64,000 nt of DNA from contig OZ253442.1 in NCBI GenBank assembly GCA_965261085.1, positions 2,368,001 to 2,432,000 of the forward strand, given 5' to 3'. The first letter of the stretch is position 1, and every line of letters begins with the position of its first letter. The stretch comes from a bacterium. GTDB lineage: Bacteria; UBA8248. Position numbers and translations under genes: made by a program. The notes beneath the pieces were generated by a model. That model saw nothing but the letters and a program-made list of their open reading frames with translations. It did not search any database and was not told the DNA's origin. Positions 60,157 through 64,000 of the stretch are shown piece after piece.

Positions 60157-60248
60157 CCGGCTCCAGAGGCTGCGAATGACCGCGATCTCCTGCGCCTCGC
60201 AATTATGGTTCGCACCTCTGCGCCTTCCTGTCATGCCGGAAAAAGTGA

Positions 60249-60432
60249 TACCAAAATGGTTTTGCGCAGGCCTGCGCACACAGTTGAAAGCTACCATTCC
60301 GGTAGCACATAAACCTGCGCAGTCGTATGATTGATACCAATATGGTATTTCACCTTCGGCACCCGTCCGCGACGACTACCAAATTGGTATTGCGCAGACC
60401 TGCGCTGCGATATGACGGCTACCAGTTTGGTA
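60249..60432. repeat. Five palindromic TACCA-N3-TGGTA boxes at 42-43 bp period
   Basis: Starts at 60249, 60292, 60335, 60377, 60420; CCTGCGC sub-motif at 60271, 60314, 60399. Confidence 0.8.
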
Positions 60433-60529
60433 GTCCGGTCTCAGGGGTCATTCGGAAGGCCTTCGAGGTCCGGAACGAGTGTGTACGGTGTAAAAGAACC
60501 GGAGTATTTTGGTTTTTTCTTAGGCTAAA

Positions 60530-60907
60530 ATGGATGAAAATCTTCACGAAAGGATGACAAAACGAATGGTGCAGACGACACAGAAGAACATCCGTTTCAC
60601 GTCCGAACAGTGGAAGCGCGTCGAAAAAGAAGCCATGGAGCGGGGTGTTTCGCCGAACCGGCTCGTGGTCGAGCTCATGATGGAGGCCCTAGAACGCAGG
60701 GAATGGCCGCGCACCGAAGCGGATATCCACCTATTGCGCTCGGCCATGTTCGCTGCACAGGCCATCATCCGCGATATGGAGAGGGGTGGACGTGAAGAGG
60801 AGATCGAGCAAATCAGCAGAAATATCTCCGAAGTTGCGCCGGAATTGCCGGAAAAATCGCCGAAAGATAGACAAGGTCGGACAGATTCGGCAAACGACAA
60901 TGAGTGA
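60530..60907 (+). CDS. Ribbon-helix-helix protein, probable relaxosome accessory (TrwA-like position)
   Basis: KNIRFTSEQWKRV...GVSPNRLVVELM; adjacent to the candidate oriT; start may be 60554 or 60566. Confidence 0.65.
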   Translation: MDENLHERMTKRMVQTTQKNIRFTSEQWKRVEKEAMERGVSPNRLVVELMMEALERREWPRTEADIHLLRSAMFAAQAIIRDMERGGREEEIEQISRNISEVAPELPEKSPKDRQGRTDSANDNE

Positions 60908-61299
60908 ATAAAGCCACCAATATTATGGGGTTGTGAGCGATCACCGGTGGGAGGTTGGTAGGTTACTTATTCTAAGGCGTATTCTCGTTGCTTCATGCCG
61001 CCAGCACTCTGTAGCCACACGGAAATAATTGTGAATCCAGCTCGAAATAATTAAGAATGGCCTGGAAAAATCGCTAATTGTCCAAGCTATTTTACACTGG
61101 GAAATCCCCTGATTTACCAGCCATTTTTGCCCGGAAAATTTTGCCCGGTTTTGATCCGTTAATGTGAGATATCGACCCGATAATAAAAAACAATCAAGGC
61201 CAAACCATACGGCGAGCCCGGCATGCGGATGGAACATAAGGAGGTGTTTTGCCCCGTTTAAGGGCCGTTTTTCCGAGCATTTGCAATTATTATTGTTTG

Positions 61300-61812
61300 A
61301 CTACACCCGCATGTAACTCTTGAACCCATCCGCGTTTTCCACAACGCGTCCTTCCCAATGCGCATATCTTTCGTTGCCCGAGTATTGGACCTGTGAGTCG
61401 AGGGTCGGGACATTCGTCATCCTAAATCCTCATAATCGGACACCTTCCGCGTCCCTCGATCACAAGTCGACGAGAATTTGCCTGGACTGCGAAGATTTCC
61501 GACCGCCGCCACCTCCGCAACTTGAAACCGCTCGATCGCTCGTAAGGACGAGGGAAGCAGTTTTCTGACTCTCGTGAGCGCCTCGATCTGTTGGACCTCG
61601 ACACTAATCTCCTCATTGACGCGTTCACTCACCTGCTGACCAACCATAGATCCTTTCGGCACCACACCGAAAAGCACGTGCCTGCCGCGTTGGTTGAGCA
61701 TGGCGCACTCGGTAGTTTGGGCCGTCTTGAGGCGTGTACCCGTCGTGTGCTTGAACCCCAGCGATTCGGATTCGCCAGCTCCGGTCAGCGCTTTGATCTG
61801 TTCAGGCGTCAT
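61300..61812 (-). pseudogene. AlbA_2/Schlafen-like ATP-binding regulator remnant
   Basis: GESESLGFK.TTG...CAMLN..G..VLFGV...G.MVGQ, then degenerates. Confidence 0.65.
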
Positions 61813-64000
61813 AGGCGCACATCACTCTTGCGTTGGTCTTTACCGTTTCGAAACGCGCCGGGCCAGCCGCTATGCTGCTCGATGACCTCGTCGATCTCGG
61901 CCATCAGACACCGAGTTTCGGCAAGGACGGCGATGATTTTCCGGTAGTGGTCGATGTCGTCCTCGGAAAGCGTGCGACCTTTTCGGTCCTTAAGCCACTT
62001 GTGACAGACCTGATATCCGCCGATGTGGAAGTCCCAGATCTCCTCGGGTACGCCCTCAAAGCCGACATTGCCGGGCTTGATGGCGCGATGACCCTCGCGG
62101 GCGTTAGTCTTCCCGGCGTCCAGCCAGACTGTGCCGTTCGACCAGCCGACGTGGCCGACTTCCGGGTTTCTGGGACCGGTGTAGGCGGTGACGAAGACGT
62201 CGAGCTTGGGCGACTCCATCAAGTGTAGTGCGACAAGTTCACCTCCGAGCGAGGCCAGCGCGCGGAACAACTCCAAATCCAGGGCCAGCGGGAGGCGTGG
62301 GAAATCAATCTTCAGAAACTCTCTGTAGCGTTTCCGGTAGCCGGGGCTGTTAAACACCGCGTACGTGTAGTGGAAAATGTCTTCAGGGGACAGGGCTCCT
62401 GACTTCAATGGCGACAGCCGAGACGAAAGCTGCTTAAGGAACGCCTCGTAGAAATTGGGACGAGCCTCTTCAATTCCCAAGCTGCGTCGCGTGGGATCGA
62501 CATCCGGCAGAACGTAAAGAGGGAAAACATGATTTCCTTCCTTCGTCTTGTTGGACATCAAAAGCATCTCGACGATGGTGTTGGAACAAAAGACGTGATT
62601 CCACGGCGGAGTCGCAAGCTGCCGACTTGTAACTAACGCGAGATTACCCTTCTTGACTAGATTGCGATTTACCGGAGAGGCCAAGCTCCACACAAGCGAG
62701 CGATGAAAGAATAGGTGTTTGGAGTCGAATGGTCGATGAGTAAATCTAATGATGTGCTTCACAATATCACCGTCGCTCAGCTTACGAAGCTGGTCACGGC
62801 TGCGGCTCACATCCCAAGCTTTCTTGGCATTGATTTTGAACCGCTCGCACAGCTCCTTGTTCGTCAGAGACGAATCACGGAATGCTTTAGCGTTTGTAAT
62901 GAGATCTTGCGGCTCTCTCGAAATGACAAAATGATCTTTGCTGGTAAAGCAGCCAATACTGTGAAGCGGGAAGATGTCGCTTAAAGCAGTATATTGTTCA
63001 TACTCGGATCGAAGCTCGTAGTTAGTTGGAACAAAAAGATAGTAGGGTAGTGAGGGTGCCAACTCGAACCACTTGGTATCTTGTACGGACGATTGGCTGA
63101 GCAGCCTGTATTTGGCTTCACGGTCACCACCGAGCCGAGAATGACGGTAAGCCCGCCTCGCATTGTCGCTGATGTGAACGGCAACGCAGATTGCAACGCC
63201 CTGCTGAATGTCGAAAACATTCTCATCTATGGCACCGCCGACTTTCTTTGCACTGCCGCCGAGGTCATAGAAGAAAGCCTGCCTGAATGATGTCAACAAG
63301 CTATGCCTCAAACCGCGCATCGTGGGATTGTCGAGGCAAGCGTGGTTGATGATTAAACCAACGATCCCGGCTCCCGTCTCGGATGAACAATCCTGTGATT
63401 TCGCGATGAACTTCACATAGTCATCATTGAGGATCTTCTCTAGTTGGAGTGCGCCTCGTTCGCGCAGTCGTTCGCCTGCAATATACTTGTAGCGTTCCAC
63501 CAGCGAGCGGTGTACAGGATCCATATTCGCAGAGATGAGGGAATACGGTGGATTGCCGATGAGGACGGTGAAACGCTTGTTCTGTTTGATTTCGTTCACC
63601 GCCCGCGCCTCATGTGCCAACGCTGGGACCGCGAAGTCCATCAGTCCGGAGAAGTCATGAGGCGGCTCCAACGCGTTGGTCAAGTACACCTGCGCCCGCT
63701 CATCGCTGCCGAAGTGATAACCGGTCTCGTAGAGCTTTAGGCCGATCTTCAAATGCGCGATGGCGTAGGGCGCCATCAGAAGCTCGTAGCCGTGCAGGCG
63801 TGGAAGCAGATGCTTGGGGACGTATTCATTCCACAGCACTTCCATGTCGCTGGCATGTCGGCCTTGCGCTTGCCACTTCTCCACGAGCGTGCTGTGGATC
63901 ACATCGATGGCCTCGACCAGGAACGTGCCGGTGCCAGTGGCAGGGTCGAGGATCTGAACAAAATCCTGATCCAGTGAGACACCTTCGGGGATTGTAAGGT
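61809..64000 (-). CDS. Type ISP (LlaBIII-like) restriction-modification enzyme, 5' part outside the window
   Basis: QILDPATGTGTF, GYELL, LTNAL, IGNPPY, DDYVKF, IDFPRLP, IGGYQVCHKWLKDRK. Confidence 0.88.
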   Translation of the reverse strand, partial: LTIPEGVSLDQDFVQILDPATGTGTFLVEAIDVIHSTLVEKWQAQGRHASDMEVLWNEYVPKHLLPRLHGYELLMAPYAIAHLKIGLKLYETGYHFGSDERAQVYLTNALEPPHDFSGLMDFAVPALAHEARAVNEIKQNKRFTVLIGNPPYSLISANMDPVHRSLVERYKYIAGERLRERGALQLEKILNDDYVKFIAKSQDCSSETGAGIVGLIINHACLDNPTMRGLRHSLLTSFRQAFFYDLGGSAKKVGGAIDENVFDIQQGVAICVAVHISDNARRAYRHSRLGGDREAKYRLLSQSSVQDTKWFELAPSLPYYLFVPTNYELRSEYEQYTALSDIFPLHSIGCFTSKDHFVISREPQDLITNAKAFRDSSLTNKELCERFKINAKKAWDVSRSRDQLRKLSDGDIVKHIIRFTHRPFDSKHLFFHRSLVWSLASPVNRNLVKKGNLALVTSRQLATPPWNHVFCSNTIVEMLLMSNKTKEGNHVFPLYVLPDVDPTRRSLGIEEARPNFYEAFLKQLSSRLSPLKSGALSPEDIFHYTYAVFNSPGYRKRYREFLKIDFPRLPLALDLELFRALASLGGELVALHLMESPKLDVFVTAYTGPRNPEVGHVGWSNGTVWLDAGKTNAREGHRAIKPGNVGFEGVPEEIWDFHIGGYQVCHKWLKDRKGRTLSEDDIDHYRKIIAVLAETRCLMAEIDEVIEQHSGWPGAFRNGKDQRKSDVRL

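Noticed and set aside
60249-60432. Possible CRISPR array
   Set aside because: Boxes are only 13 bp and degenerate, the intervening sequences share motifs, the period is too short, and no cas genes are in the window
60475-60497. Plus-strand nic-like GTGTGTACGGTGT
   Set aside because: Weaker match and wrong polarity relative to the leading genes; the minus-strand site at 60135 fits better
1-64000. tRNA/rRNA/tmRNA genes, including a tRNA integration target at the island edge
   Set aside because: No cloverleaf or rRNA-like sequence recognised by eye; a covariance-model scan would be needed to exclude them

Overview
High-GC bacterial DNA in two parts. About 1-26 kb is chromosomal housekeeping and metabolism: an Fe3+/polyamine-type ABC operon with twin ATPases plus a CapA-like metallophosphoesterase, an MBL hydrolase, HU, a GH10-like hydrolase, miaB, a UvrD/PcrA helicase, several oxidoreductases and a MetE-like protein. 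This part also holds a small defence islet (brnTA with an amber-interrupted toxin, two restriction-modification pairs) and a probable AhpD/CMD-family selenoprotein (CxxU with a SECIS-like hairpin) that the ORF track splits in two. About 26-64 kb is a large, partly decayed integrative/conjugative island. Its left part (26-44.7 kb) starts with two tandem tyrosine recombinases and contains about nine copies of the integrase 3' end, which separate cargo blocks. The cargo includes a compact ubiquitin-like operon (Ubl, Cys-less E2, JAB-E1 fusion, DUF6527) extended by an SDH/S49-type serine protease and apparently controlled by a divergent RHH repressor, plus HEPN-like and PIN-like orphans, IS630/IS1182/IS66 remnants, and relaxase and HU remnants. 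Its right part (45-61 kb) is a conjugative leading region (ParB, GHKL ATPase, DUF2958, strawberry-notch methylase-helicase, Toprim, ssb, DUF4326, DUF2493/SLOG). These genes point at a MOBF-like oriT nic site, which is followed by a five-unit 43-bp-period palindrome array and a TrwA-like RHH gene. A partial type ISP R-M gene ends the window. No rRNA, tRNA or CRISPR array was seen. All family calls come from motif recognition by eye, not database searches.
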